A stretch of 49,188 nt of DNA from NCBI GenBank assembly GCA_050486505.1, contig JBJHDK010000011.1:1-49188 (forward strand), read 5' to 3'. The stretch is from Fibrobacteria bacterium. Lineage in GTDB: Bacteria > Fibrobacterota > Fibrobacteria > UBA11236. Below, piece after piece: positions 8,938 through 17,901 of this stretch; the first letter of the stretch is position 1, and the number at the start of each line of letters is the position of its first letter. The translations under genes and the position numbers were made by a program. The notes below the pieces were generated by a model. The model had not been told where the DNA came from, searched no databases, and saw nothing but the letters and a program-made list of their open reading frames with translations.

Positions 8938-9651
8938 TCAGGCCAGATAGTCGGAAATCAGCCATTCCTCGCGGCCGTCGGCGAAGCGGACGCGAAGGTG
9001 CCCCTCGGCATTGATGTCCACGGGCCGTACCTCAGGGCGGCCGGGGCGGTCGCGAAGGCGCAGGGACCGCGTCCAGTCGGTACGGGATTTCCACAGGGAG
9101 AGCGTCGACGCGGAGTCCCCTTCCGTCAGGCGCTGGCGTAATTCCGTGAAAAACGCCTCGGCCAGAAGACCCTTCGCATCCGGCGGCAACCCGGCATCCG
9201 CGAGTTTCCCGCTGGGAGTCCCCCCGTCGGAAATTTCAGGCGCGTGCAGCAGGTTGACTCCCACTCCGATGAAAAGGTGTTCGGCAGTGGCCTCAAGCAG
9301 CATGCCGGCCGTCTTGCGGCCCTCCCAAAGCAAGTCGTTGGGCCACTTCAGCCGCAGGGGCGACCTTGAGTTGGGAGGGAGGAGGCGCGCAACGGCTTCC
9401 CACAATGCGATGCCCGCGTCCAGCGGCAGAAGGCCGAGTCGATCGGAAGGAACACGCTCACGCTCCACCGCGACGGTGAAGTAGAGGTTGCCGCGCGGGC
9501 TTTGCCAGGTTCTTCCGCGCGTTCCCTTGCCGCCGGTTTGCGTCGCGGCCGTGACCAGAAGGAAACCCTTGCCGGCAGCGCCTGCGCGTGCGGCCTCCAT
9601 GGTGGACGTCGTCTCGTCGAGATGGATCCTGTGGATGGCCCCGGTGGTCAT
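8938..9651 (-). CDS. birA: Biotin--protein ligase (no N-terminal HTH)
   Basis: 'STM', 'QTGGKGTRGRTW.S', 'KWPND', 'KTAGML', 'GVGVN'. Confidence 0.92.
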   Translation of the reverse strand: MTTGAIHRIHLDETTSTMEAARAGAAGKGFLLVTAATQTGGKGTRGRTWQSPRGNLYFTVAVERERVPSDRLGLLPLDAGIALWEAVARLLPPNSRSPLRLKWPNDLLWEGRKTAGMLLEATAEHLFIGVGVNLLHAPEISDGGTPSGKLADAGLPPDAKGLLAEAFFTELRQRLTEGDSASTLSLWKSRTDWTRSLRLRDRPGRPEVRPVDINAEGHLRVRFADGREEWLISDYLA

Positions 9652-9652
9652 T

Positions 9653-10192
9653 TCAGGTGCGCAGAAGCGACTCGCGGGGAGACGCGAGAAGGGCGGTGAA
9701 TTCGGCTTCGAAGTGCGGGGTGAAGATCCCGGTGCCGATGCCGGCGGAGATCTCGGTGCGCGACCAGAAGCGGAGGGCGTCGATTTCTTCGGCCTCGGGG
9801 GCGAAGGGGCCGGCGTGCAGGCACAGCCATGTCGCCACATTCTCAGATTCATCGGAGCCGCGGAAACGGGTGTGATGAAGGAACTCCAGTTCTCCTTCGG
9901 TCACCTGCAGCCCGAGTTCTTCGGCGGCCTCGCGCAGTGCTGTCTCCAGGTAATCGTGCCCGAATGCGACATGCCCGCCGACCGAAGTGTCCCATTTTCC
10001 GGGGTGAGTGTCTTTGCGCTCCGAACGTTTTTGGAGCAGAAGGGTTCCATCGCCAGGGTGAACGACAAGCACGTGGGCGGAACGGTGCACGAGTGCGGGG
10101 TTTCCGTGCACGCGCCACCGTTCAACGGGGCCGATGACGACGGAATCGTCGTCGCTGACGTGAGTCAGCAGCTCGGTGGGGGAGGAGGGCAC
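9653..10192 (-). CDS. NUDIX hydrolase (IDI/YfcD-like)
   Basis: 'LLLQKRS..K..HPGKWD.SVGGH', Nudix box 'ALREAAEELG'. Confidence 0.88.
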   Translation of the reverse strand: MPSSPTELLTHVSDDDSVVIGPVERWRVHGNPALVHRSAHVLVVHPGDGTLLLQKRSERKDTHPGKWDTSVGGHVAFGHDYLETALREAAEELGLQVTEGELEFLHHTRFRGSDESENVATWLCLHAGPFAPEAEEIDALRFWSRTEISAGIGTGIFTPHFEAEFTALLASPRESLLRT

Positions 10193-10200
10193 AGGAAGAA

Positions 10201-10352
10201 GAGTTATGAGTCGGGAGTGATGAGTGACGAGTTGTATAATTCCTAAAAATCACGACATGCCAATGAATTCATGAAAGCTGGAACAAGAGCGCCGTTCAGT
10301 GAAATCTCCACCAACTCACCACTCATAACTCATGACTCATAACTCATAACTC
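10201..10352. repeat. Facing heptamer tandem arrays, (GAGTTAT)n ... (AACTCAT)n
   Basis: gagttatgagtcgggagtgatgagtgacgagttg at 10201-10234 and caactcaccactcataactcatgactcataactcataactc at about 10312-10352. Confidence 0.85.
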
Positions 10353-11563
10353 TTAAAACCCCACTCCCACATTGACGGCGTAGAACCGCTCTTCGATCTG
10401 GCCGGTATAGTAGCCCGCTTCCTCGGCCCAACTGACGGCTTCGAGGTGGAGGAGGTTGAAGAACGAGAGGCCTGCGCCGGCGGTCCAATATCCGCCCTTG
10501 AAGCCTGCCGCGGCCCGCATGCCGAGCGACCACAGCATGGATTGTTCGACCTCGCCTCCGAAGTTCAGCTTGCTCAGGGGGCGGTAGTTCCGCTCGTTGT
10601 TGAAAATATCCTCGAAATCAACGGCGAAATTCACCTTGCGGGCGAAGATGCCGCCGCTCGACAGCAGGGGGGCGTGAGGGCGAGACCCACGGTCAACTCG
10701 GGCGTGACGAACTCGTTCTCCAGTCGCATGAAGGTGTTCTGCAGGGCGGCCCCGAATCGGAGCCACGAGGTTTGTTGCCATAGCACGCCCAGGTCGATGC
10801 CGTGCCCGTAGGAACCGAAATCGGTCAGCCCCGACATTTTCTCGGTCAGGGTATCGCGCACCGAGGTCAGAACGCCATTGCCGCCATCCTCGGCGAACTC
10901 GGAAATCGAAACCTGGTAATTGCGCACCGTCTGCCGGTTGGCGATGCGGTAGCCGACGCCGACCGCGAGGCGGTCGTTCATCAGTCCGCGCGCGCCGGCG
11001 ACCTGGATCACGGCATCGATCTGGATTTTTTCCACCCCGGCTTGGGGAAGAAGGACGCCGACGTCGGCATAGGGCGCGGCGCGCATGTCGGCCCAGTAAG
11101 CGATGCCGAAGTTGTGCATCGTAAACTCCGCGCCATGAAGAATGCCAAGCTCGATGGGGCGGCGGTCGAGCGGTGCCATGTCTTCGAAGAATGTCGAATC
11201 GGATCGGAATTGCTCGTCGCTGCCGAATGCGTCTTGATGGTCCTGAAAGAACCCCCAAAATTTCGATGCTTCCTGAAGCGGGACGACCAGCCCCAGCATG
11301 TTGACCCGTGCGTTGAAGCGATTGCGCGGGTAATTCGCCAGTGCGGGACGCTCGTTGCGGTTGCCGAGACGGTTGATGAGGTTCAGCCCTGCGGGGTTGT
11401 AGTACAAGGCGTTTCTGTCGTCGACGATGGCGACATGCGCGTTGCCCATGCCGAGCCCGCGGAAGGTGCGGTGTTCGGGGCCAGGGGCTGCCGAGAGCGA
11501 GGCGGCAAAGCCGAGCACAAGCACCAAGGCGGGAACAAACAGGGAAGGATTGGGGGTCTGCAT
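10353..11563 (-). pseudogene. TraF_2/PorV/FadL-like outer-membrane beta-barrel, frameshifted at a C6 run (10667-10672)
   Basis: N-terminal 'RGLGMGNAHVA..DD.NALYYNPAGL' in ORF 10631..11563; amphipathic C-terminus ending 'VNVGVGF' is in another frame; adding one C gives a single 403-aa ORF. Confidence 0.75.
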
Positions 11564-11579
11564 CGTGTCTCTCCCGCGC

Positions 11580-12950
11580 CTATGGGTAATAACGCCAGCA
11601 GCCGCCGATCAGGGTCTTGGCGGAATCGAGTTTCGCGGCAAGCGGACCCGCGAGCTGGGCCGCGCTGCGCTGCGTCAGGGAGTCGCGCTGGATGCGAAGC
11701 CGGAAGTCCATTTGTTCGCCATCCTTCTTGATCTTGACGAAGTGCGAGTCGAGGCTGGGGTTGTCCTGATAGAACTGGTGCACGAAGGCGACAAAGTTCA
11801 CGGTATTCCCGCGGAACGTCGTCGTACCCACCGTGTCGCCCGAGCTGCCGCGGTTGTCGTGGCGGCCGGCGCCGAGGTTGAAGGGGTTGTAGAGGGTTCG
11901 GGCATCTTCGTCCACGAAGCCGTCGCCGTCGTTGTCCTTTTCGTCGAGAACTTCTTCGTCGATGCAGCCGTCGCCGTCGTTGTCCTTGCCGTCGCCGAAC
12001 TGGTAGAAGAGGACGGCATCGCCCAGGTTCGCAATGACGCTGTCGACGTTCTCCGAAGCCTCGTCGGAGGCGCCTCCGTCACCGCTGCCTGGCGCAATGA
12101 GCTGCGCCAGCTGGGAACTCGTGGCCAAGCCCGACTGCATGTTCTGGATCAGCGTGTTGAAGTTCGCTGCGGTCGCGCTGTCCTCGAGGTCCGAGGCGAG
12201 CGAATCGAGGTTTCCGAACGTCCCGTCCTTGTTGAAGAGCAGTTTCTTCATCATGGCGTCGGCCTCGTTGATGGTGTCGTTTCCGTCGAGATCGTAAAGG
12301 CGCGTGATGGTGTACAGAATCTCGTATGCGGTATAATCAAGCACGACCGCGGAATATCCCATGACGAGGTCGCTCAGGGGGAAGTCGCCACGCCTGCGAT
12401 ACCCCGCCGAATCGAGGTCGGCCTTGATGAGATACTGTTCCATGAAAGCCACCCGGTTCGCGAATTCGGGATCGGTGGTGTCGTCAGACGATGCATTGAG
12501 GTAGTTGTACCACCGCGTCAGCGTGTCGCGGTCGGTCAGGAGCGCGAGGGCGCGGCGCGCGCGCGAACCGGCCAGCAGCCGGTTCGTGAGATCTTCGTCC
12601 GGGTGTCCCAGAAAGGCCATCGGACCTTCGCTGCTTGCATTGGAAAGGTCGGTCAGTATCTGGATGCGATCGAGGTTGAAGCGGAACCCGACCGCTTTCG
12701 CGTAGCTGTAGTAGGCCAGCGAGCGCGTGCTGTCGGAGGCGATCGCCCGCTCGAAGGAGCGCATTGCGCCCGCAAAGTTCTTGTTGTTGAGGCGCTGCTG
12801 ACCGAGCGTCATGTGGCAGTCGGTGTCGCCCAGCTCGCAGACGGAACTGCCGCTTTCGCCACCACCGGGGTTGAAGAGATTGCAGCCCGAGAGGGTTGCC
12901 AAAGCTGCCAGGACGAAGAGTCCCGGAAGTGAAAGATTGCCGATGCGCAT
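11580..12950 (-). CDS. Lipoprotein with a TPR-like region and tandem Asp-rich metal-binding motifs
   Basis: Lipobox 'LSGC'; TPR-like 'LGQQRLNNKNFAGAMRSFERAI...AYY'; 'DGKDNDGDGCIDE' and 'DEKDNDGDGFVDED'. Confidence 0.8.
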   Translation of the reverse strand: MRIGNLSLPGLFVLAALATLSGCNLFNPGGGESGSSVCELGDTDCHMTLGQQRLNNKNFAGAMRSFERAIASDSTRSLAYYSYAKAVGFRFNLDRIQILTDLSNASSEGPMAFLGHPDEDLTNRLLAGSRARRALALLTDRDTLTRWYNYLNASSDDTTDPEFANRVAFMEQYLIKADLDSAGYRRRGDFPLSDLVMGYSAVVLDYTAYEILYTITRLYDLDGNDTINEADAMMKKLLFNKDGTFGNLDSLASDLEDSATAANFNTLIQNMQSGLATSSQLAQLIAPGSGDGGASDEASENVDSVIANLGDAVLFYQFGDGKDNDGDGCIDEEVLDEKDNDGDGFVDEDARTLYNPFNLGAGRHDNRGSSGDTVGTTTFRGNTVNFVAFVHQFYQDNPSLDSHFVKIKKDGEQMDFRLRIQRDSLTQRSAAQLAGPLAAKLDSAKTLIGGCWRYYP

Positions 12951-12997
12951 GGGCCACCCCGTGTCAAACCGCTCGCAAGTTTAAATATTTTTGACCC

Positions 12998-13741
12998 GTG
13001 AAAACCCCTGCCGCGACAACGGATCGCCGATCCGGGGCGCTGGCGGAGTTCATGGCCGCCCTCGAAGCCCTCGATGCCTCCCTGGTTTCCTTGCAAGAGG
13101 GGCCTTCCGAGGCCTCTTATGCGATCCTTAAAAGGGTACTCGACGCCCGCCTTCCCTCACTGCATGCGACTTACGACGCATATGTTTCGGCGGTTCTGGA
13201 GGCCGAGGGGCGCAAGGTCAGTTGCTCCAGAAGCTGCTCCGCTTGTTGCCGACACTTTGTAAGCAGTGTCGAATCCTTTGAAATCGTGGCCATCCACCTC
13301 GCGGTTCGGGGGCGCCCTGACTATGGCGACCTTCTTTTCGCAAGCCACGCGAATGCGACGGCGTACGAGAACCTTGTCCGCGAAGAAGGCGATGACGAGG
13401 ATGCTTCGGACCGCGCTCTTTACCGCTACTACACCCGCGGCCGTCGTTGTCCCTTTCTGACGGTGGAGGGCGACTGCGGAATCTACGCCGTGCGCCCCAT
13501 GGCTTGCCGCATGTTCTTCGCCGAATCCTCACCGCGCTTCTGCGAGGGCAAGGCAATTGCCTCGCCTTGGAACAAGAATTTTCAGGTCGAACTTCCAAAC
13601 GCTGCCGAAGAGGCGTTGGCGCGCTGCTCCCGTAAGCTCGCGCATCTCGAGTTGCCGGAGGACCTGTTCCCCGGACTGCTCGTCGCAAACGAAAGGTTCG
13701 GGAGGTACGACGGGGAAGGGAAGTCGAACAGTAGGCAGTAG
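12998..13741 (+). CDS. YkgJ-family cysteine-cluster (CxxCxxCC-type) protein
   Basis: 'CSRSCSACC' and 'CPFL....CGIYAVRPMACR'. Confidence 0.85.
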   Translation: MKTPAATTDRRSGALAEFMAALEALDASLVSLQEGPSEASYAILKRVLDARLPSLHATYDAYVSAVLEAEGRKVSCSRSCSACCRHFVSSVESFEIVAIHLAVRGRPDYGDLLFASHANATAYENLVREEGDDEDASDRALYRYYTRGRRCPFLTVEGDCGIYAVRPMACRMFFAESSPRFCEGKAIASPWNKNFQVELPNAAEEALARCSRKLAHLELPEDLFPGLLVANERFGRYDGEGKSNSRQ

Positions 13742-13907
13742 GCAGTGGACAGACAACAATGGGGAGTATCAGGTAACGGGTAGGGGCGGATACTTGTTGG
13801 TCTGACCCGTGCTCCATCCCTCCAATGTTGCATCGCCTTCGACTCGTGACTCTCGACTCATGACTCTCAACTCATAACTCATAACTCATAACTCATAACT
13901 CATAACT
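13729..13907. repeat. Intergenic heptamer arrays, (CAGTAGG)n ... (AACTCAT)n
   Basis: cagtaggcagtaggcagtgg overlapping the stop codon; gactcgtgactctcgactcatgactctc followed by about five AACTCAT units before pyrF. Confidence 0.85.
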
Positions 13908-13924
13908 TCCTACCTTCTCCCCCC

Positions 13925-14803
13925 ATGTCCGAAACCGCCCAGACCTACCGCGAGACCCTCTTTCAGCGCACCCGAAAGGCCGGGAACACGTTGTGCGTCG
14001 GCCTTGATCCCGTCCTCGACAAGCTCCCCGCCGGCACGGGCTCGCCTGCAGACCGGATCCGCCGGTTCTATGCTTCCTTGCTGGAGTCCTCCGCCCGTCG
14101 CGGCCTGTTGCCTGCGGCGGTGAAGCCGAACAGCGCCTATTTCGAGTCACAGGGGATCGAGGCACTCGCGGCGCTCCAGGCATTGATCCGGGAATACCGG
14201 GATGCCGGGGTGCTCGTCATTCTGGACGCCAAGCGCGGAGACATCAGCACCTCCTCGGGGGCATACGCTGCAGCCGCCTTCAGTACCTTCGGGGCCGATG
14301 CGGTCACCGTGGCCCCCTACATGGGATCGGATTCCGTCGGGCCCTTTCAGGAAGCCGCCCACGGGCAAGGGATTTACGTGCTGGTGCGTACTTCGAATCC
14401 CGGCGCGCGTGACTTCCAGGAATTGACTGTGGATCTCGGGGAAGGCCGTCGCATGCCCCTGTACCGTGCCGTTGCGACCAAGGTGGCCGAATGGGATCGT
14501 GGCGACCTCGGGGCGGTCGTGGGTGCGACGGCCCCGCGCGAACTGGAGGAACTCGTCGCATTCTGGCGGGGTTTGGGGCGAGAAATTCCCATGCTCATCC
14601 CCGGAATTTCGGTGGGGGGGATCGGCCAGGGGGGCGACATCGGCGAGGTCCTGCGCGCCATTCGAAACGGCGGGGGCGATCCCGCCCTGCATTTGCTCAA
14701 TAGCTCGTCGGGGGTGAACTACGCCTACAAACGTTTCCCCGGGCTGTCTCCGGAAGAGGCTTCGCTGAAGGCCATGGAGGAAATCTACGCCGCGATGCGG
14801 TGA
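13925..14803 (+). CDS. pyrF: Orotidine-5'-phosphate decarboxylase
   Basis: 'LCVGLDP', 'KPN.AYF', 'ILDAKRGDI', 'RTSNPG', 'VVGAT'. Confidence 0.95.
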   Translation: MSETAQTYRETLFQRTRKAGNTLCVGLDPVLDKLPAGTGSPADRIRRFYASLLESSARRGLLPAAVKPNSAYFESQGIEALAALQALIREYRDAGVLVILDAKRGDISTSSGAYAAAAFSTFGADAVTVAPYMGSDSVGPFQEAAHGQGIYVLVRTSNPGARDFQELTVDLGEGRRMPLYRAVATKVAEWDRGDLGAVVGATAPRELEELVAFWRGLGREIPMLIPGISVGGIGQGGDIGEVLRAIRNGGGDPALHLLNSSSGVNYAYKRFPGLSPEEASLKAMEEIYAAMR

Positions 14804-14856
14804 GGCAACCGTGTCTTTGATTCGTCGGAGGGCTCCGGCGTGAAAGGAAAATCCAA

Positions 14857-15519
14857 ATGCAGGTCGTTGTTCTTGATTCGGTGGATGCCGTCGCCGCGAA
14901 ATCGCTGGAGTTGTTGAAGGGGCCGCGTGTTGCGGTCTCGGGTGGCAGCACCTTCGCCAAACTCTTCAGGCACTGGGCGCCTTCGGTTCGCGAGCGCGTC
15001 CTGCATGGCGAGCGGATGCGTTTTTTCCTCGTGGACGAGCGCAAAGTCCCCTTCGAAGATCCGCAGTGCAACTGGAAGCCGTGTTACGAGGAACTTCTCG
15101 TTCCCGCCGGACTGGCCGAACAAAAGGCGCACCATGTCACCACGGCCGCGGCCTACGCATCACTGCTGGCATCGGAGTTCGGCGATGCCCCGGTCGTATT
15201 CGACCAGGTTTACCTGGGCATGGGGGAGGACGGGCACACCGCGTCCCTCTTCCCGGGCAAGCCGACGCTGCACGACATGGGATCGATCGTGCTCGATGTT
15301 ATCGATTCCCCGAAGCCCCCGCCAGAGCGCGTCACTCTTGGCCTGAAACCGATCCAACAGAGCCGAAGGCTGATCACGGTCGCGCTTGGAGCCGGCAAGG
15401 TCGAAATGGTACGGCGCCTGCGCGAGGGAGACGCGTCCCTGCCGATCACGCTGGCCATGCAGGGGCACCCCGATGCCGTGCTGCTGCTTGATCGTGCCGC
15501 GGCGGGGTTGGATGCGTAG
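14857..15519 (+). CDS. pgl: 6-phosphogluconolactonase
   Basis: 'SGGST', 'VDER.VP', 'LGMGEDGHTASLFP', 'SPKPPPERVTL'. Confidence 0.93.
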   Translation: MQVVVLDSVDAVAAKSLELLKGPRVAVSGGSTFAKLFRHWAPSVRERVLHGERMRFFLVDERKVPFEDPQCNWKPCYEELLVPAGLAEQKAHHVTTAAAYASLLASEFGDAPVVFDQVYLGMGEDGHTASLFPGKPTLHDMGSIVLDVIDSPKPPPERVTLGLKPIQQSRRLITVALGAGKVEMVRRLREGDASLPITLAMQGHPDAVLLLDRAAAGLDA

Positions 15520-15556
15520 ATTCCCCCGAACACTTTTACCGACAGGGGAGTCCCCC

Positions 15557-16291
15557 ATGAAACCATCTCGCTTCCTTCGCAACATTGGCCCGCTGCTTCT
15601 CGCGGTCTCCTTGATTGCCGGGTGCTCACAAGCCGGCAAAGAGCAGCAGGATCGCTTGCGGTCTCTGGAGGCGCGCCAAGACAGTCTTCTGGCCGTACTG
15701 GCCACCATGAGCGAGCAGACTGAATTCATGGCGCTGCGCATGGGCTGGCAACCGCCGCCCGATACGACCCCGAAGGCGATTCCGGTCGGGACGAGTTTCG
15801 TTGCCGGTCCCGACGAGGCAATTTTGACCCTGGTCGAGTTTTCCGACCTGCAGTGTCCCTACTGCGCGCGCCTGGTACCGACCCTCGATTCCGTGCTGCA
15901 TGCGTTCCCGGAAGATGTCCGCCTTGTCTTCAAGCATTTCCCGCTTCCGTTTCACGGGCAGGCGCGCGCTGCCTCGGCAGCGGCGGTTGCGGCGGGCAAC
16001 CAAGGGAAATTCTTCGAATTTCGATCCTTGCTCGCCCCCAACTTCAGGAATCTGGGCGAGGATGTGTATCTGGGTGTGGCGCGCGACCTGGGGCTCGATC
16101 TTGTGCGCTTTCGGAGGGAAATGAATTTGACGGCGGAGATGGAGGCGTTACTTGATGCCGACATTGAGTTGGGGAGGAGGCTTGGAGTCCAAGGGACACC
16201 GACCGTCTTTGTGAATGGACGCCTCGCCACGGGCCGCTCTTTTGCCTATTTCGCCGCGGAAGTGGAACGTGCCCGCTCCGCGAAACGCTGA
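15557..16291 (+). CDS. DsbA-family thioredoxin-fold lipoprotein
   Basis: Lipobox 'IAGC', 'EFSDLQCPYC', 'FKHFPL', 'GVQGTPT'. Confidence 0.88.
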   Translation: MKPSRFLRNIGPLLLAVSLIAGCSQAGKEQQDRLRSLEARQDSLLAVLATMSEQTEFMALRMGWQPPPDTTPKAIPVGTSFVAGPDEAILTLVEFSDLQCPYCARLVPTLDSVLHAFPEDVRLVFKHFPLPFHGQARAASAAAVAAGNQGKFFEFRSLLAPNFRNLGEDVYLGVARDLGLDLVRFRREMNLTAEMEALLDADIELGRRLGVQGTPTVFVNGRLATGRSFAYFAAEVERARSAKR

Positions 16292-16299
16292 TGCCCTTT

Positions 16300-16393
16300 A
16301 AACGGGGGCGGCGGTCCGTCGAAACGGACCGCCGCTTTTGGTGATTAGGCCGTTATTACCCGCGCAACGGACACTAATCGAGGGAACTCACGA
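16300..16393 (-). ncRNA. Candidate small RNA of unknown family
   Basis: TTGCGC-N17-TAAGTT promoter (16400-16428) with an A-rich UP element, an internal hairpin GATTAG..CCGTT/AACGG..CTAATC and a terminal GC-rich hairpin; no usable ORF. Confidence 0.45.
16308..16339 (+). terminator. Intrinsic terminator, possibly bidirectional
   Basis: GCGGCGGTCCGT-cgaa-ACGGACCGCCGC-TTTT. Confidence 0.85.
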
Positions 16394-16605
16394 GTCCCTA
16401 ACTTATTCCGGGGGGCTCCCTCGCGCAAGACCTTTCTCGTTTTTTTCTTGGGCCTCGAACGATCGATGTTTTCTTGCAGGGATTTCCGGGATTTGAGCAA
16501 AAAGCGGGAACAGGCGAAAATCCCCGTCACGCGGTTTTTGGGTGATGGGGGGTGGCTTCCTGTCACAGTGCAGCCGGGCTCTTTTCACGGGCTTCCCGCA
16601 CCCGT

Positions 16606-17901
16606 CTATTCAATCCCCTGTTCGCGACGCAGGAATTCCGCGCGTTTTTGCAAACGAACCTTCGCGTCGTGGGTGCGTTTCGCGGTGGCGAACCATGCGT
16701 CGCGCCGGTCGAAGCCCGGGATCGGACGCAGGGCCTCGAGATTCGCGTCTTCAAGGTTGCGGAGCGCGAGGTAGTCGTCGGGGCCGGCGAAGGTGATGCA
16801 ACTCCCCGGTCGCGAGCGACGGGCCGTACGTCCCGACCGGTGCACATAGTCGCGGAAGGTCCGGGGCGGGTCGAAGTTGACCACGAGATCGACCTCGGGA
16901 ATGTCGAGACCGCGCGCGGCCAGATCCGTCGCCACAAGAACCTGGAAGCGCCCGTCCCGGAACCCTTGGTAGGCGAGGGCACGCTCGGACTGGAGCCGGT
17001 CTCCGTGCAGTGCCTGGGACGAAACCCCCTTATGGCGGAGAAGACCGTTGAGGTGGTTCGCCTTCTCCCGATTCGCGACGAAGACGAGGACCTGTCCCCG
17101 CGTCGCGCGGATGGCTTCCAACAGCAGTTCATTCTTCTTGCGGTTCGATTTCAGGTAGTACAGGCTTTCTTCAAGCGGGGCGCTCTTCTCCTTGCGGGCA
17201 AGGTAATGTTTCAACGTTCCGAGCGGCAGGCGGTCGAGCGCATCTCCTTCGCCGGTCGCGGAAAAGAGCAGGGTCTGCCGCCGCGCCGGGACGTGCGGGA
17301 GGATGGCGGCGAGTTGCTCCTCGAAGCCCATGTCGATGAGGCGGTCGAACTCGTCGAGGACGAGCAGCTTCACGGAACGCAGCAGTTGAGGAGTCTCCGC
17401 GAGCAGGTCGATCAGGCGTCCCGGCGTGGCGATCAAGGTATGCCACCCGCCGGCGAGTCGGCGTCGCTGCGCCTGGGCGTCGTGGCCGCCGAGAGCGAGG
17501 ACGAGGCCTTCGCGCGCTCGCGCGTCGAGCGCCTGCAGCATTTGCGAAACCTGGTATCCGAGCTCGCGCGTGGGAACCAGGACGAGATTGCGATGGCTGG
17601 CGGGAAGCTTGCTCCACAGGGGGAGCAGGTAGACCAGGGTCTTGCCCGTGCCAGTGGGAGCGACAGCGAGCAGGGACTCGCCGGCCAGTGCGGGGGGGAG
17701 ACATTCCTCCTGCACCGGGGTGGGTTTCACGAATCCGAGGCGGGTGGGGATGGCGGCGAGCCGCGACGGTAAAAAGTTCCACGCAGAGCGTTCCCCCCCT
17801 CTCCCTTTGGGAGAGGGGCCGGGGGTGAGGGCTTTCGATGCCCTTGTCGGCGCCGTCGACCCTGCGGAACGCGAGGCCTCAGGCGCCCACTTTTTCTTCA
17901 T
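16606..17901 (-). CDS. DEAD/DEAH-box RNA helicase
   Basis: Q motif 'GF.KPTPVQ', 'APTGTGKT', 'PTREL', 'TPGRL', 'DEFD', 'SAT', 'ARGLD', 'HRSGRTAR'; ATG overlaps the aroF stop (ATGA). Confidence 0.93.
   Translation of the reverse strand: MKKKWAPEASRSAGSTAPTRASKALTPGPSPKGRGGERSAWNFLPSRLAAIPTRLGFVKPTPVQEECLPPALAGESLLAVAPTGTGKTLVYLLPLWSKLPASHRNLVLVPTRELGYQVSQMLQALDARAREGLVLALGGHDAQAQRRRLAGGWHTLIATPGRLIDLLAETPQLLRSVKLLVLDEFDRLIDMGFEEQLAAILPHVPARRQTLLFSATGEGDALDRLPLGTLKHYLARKEKSAPLEESLYYLKSNRKKNELLLEAIRATRGQVLVFVANREKANHLNGLLRHKGVSSQALHGDRLQSERALAYQGFRDGRFQVLVATDLAARGLDIPEVDLVVNFDPPRTFRDYVHRSGRTARRSRPGSCITFAGPDDYLALRNLEDANLEALRPIPGFDRRDAWFATAKRTHDAKVRLQKRAEFLRREQGIE
17793..17832. repeat. BoxC-like palindromic element inside the helicase 5' coding region
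   Basis: CCCCTCTCCC-ttt-GGGAGAGGGG followed by CCGGGGGTGAGGGC. Confidence 0.7.

Noticed and set aside
10631..11563. Conjugative element implied by TraF-like similarity
   Set aside because: No other tra/virB, relaxase or integrase genes; flanked by housekeeping genes
13842..13907. Heptamer arrays as CRISPR
   Set aside because: 7-bp tandem units without spacers and no cas genes
16345..16566. 73-aa ORF with a faint cold-shock-like C-terminus
   Set aside because: Lacks RNP1/RNP2 motifs; a promoter within it explains the region better
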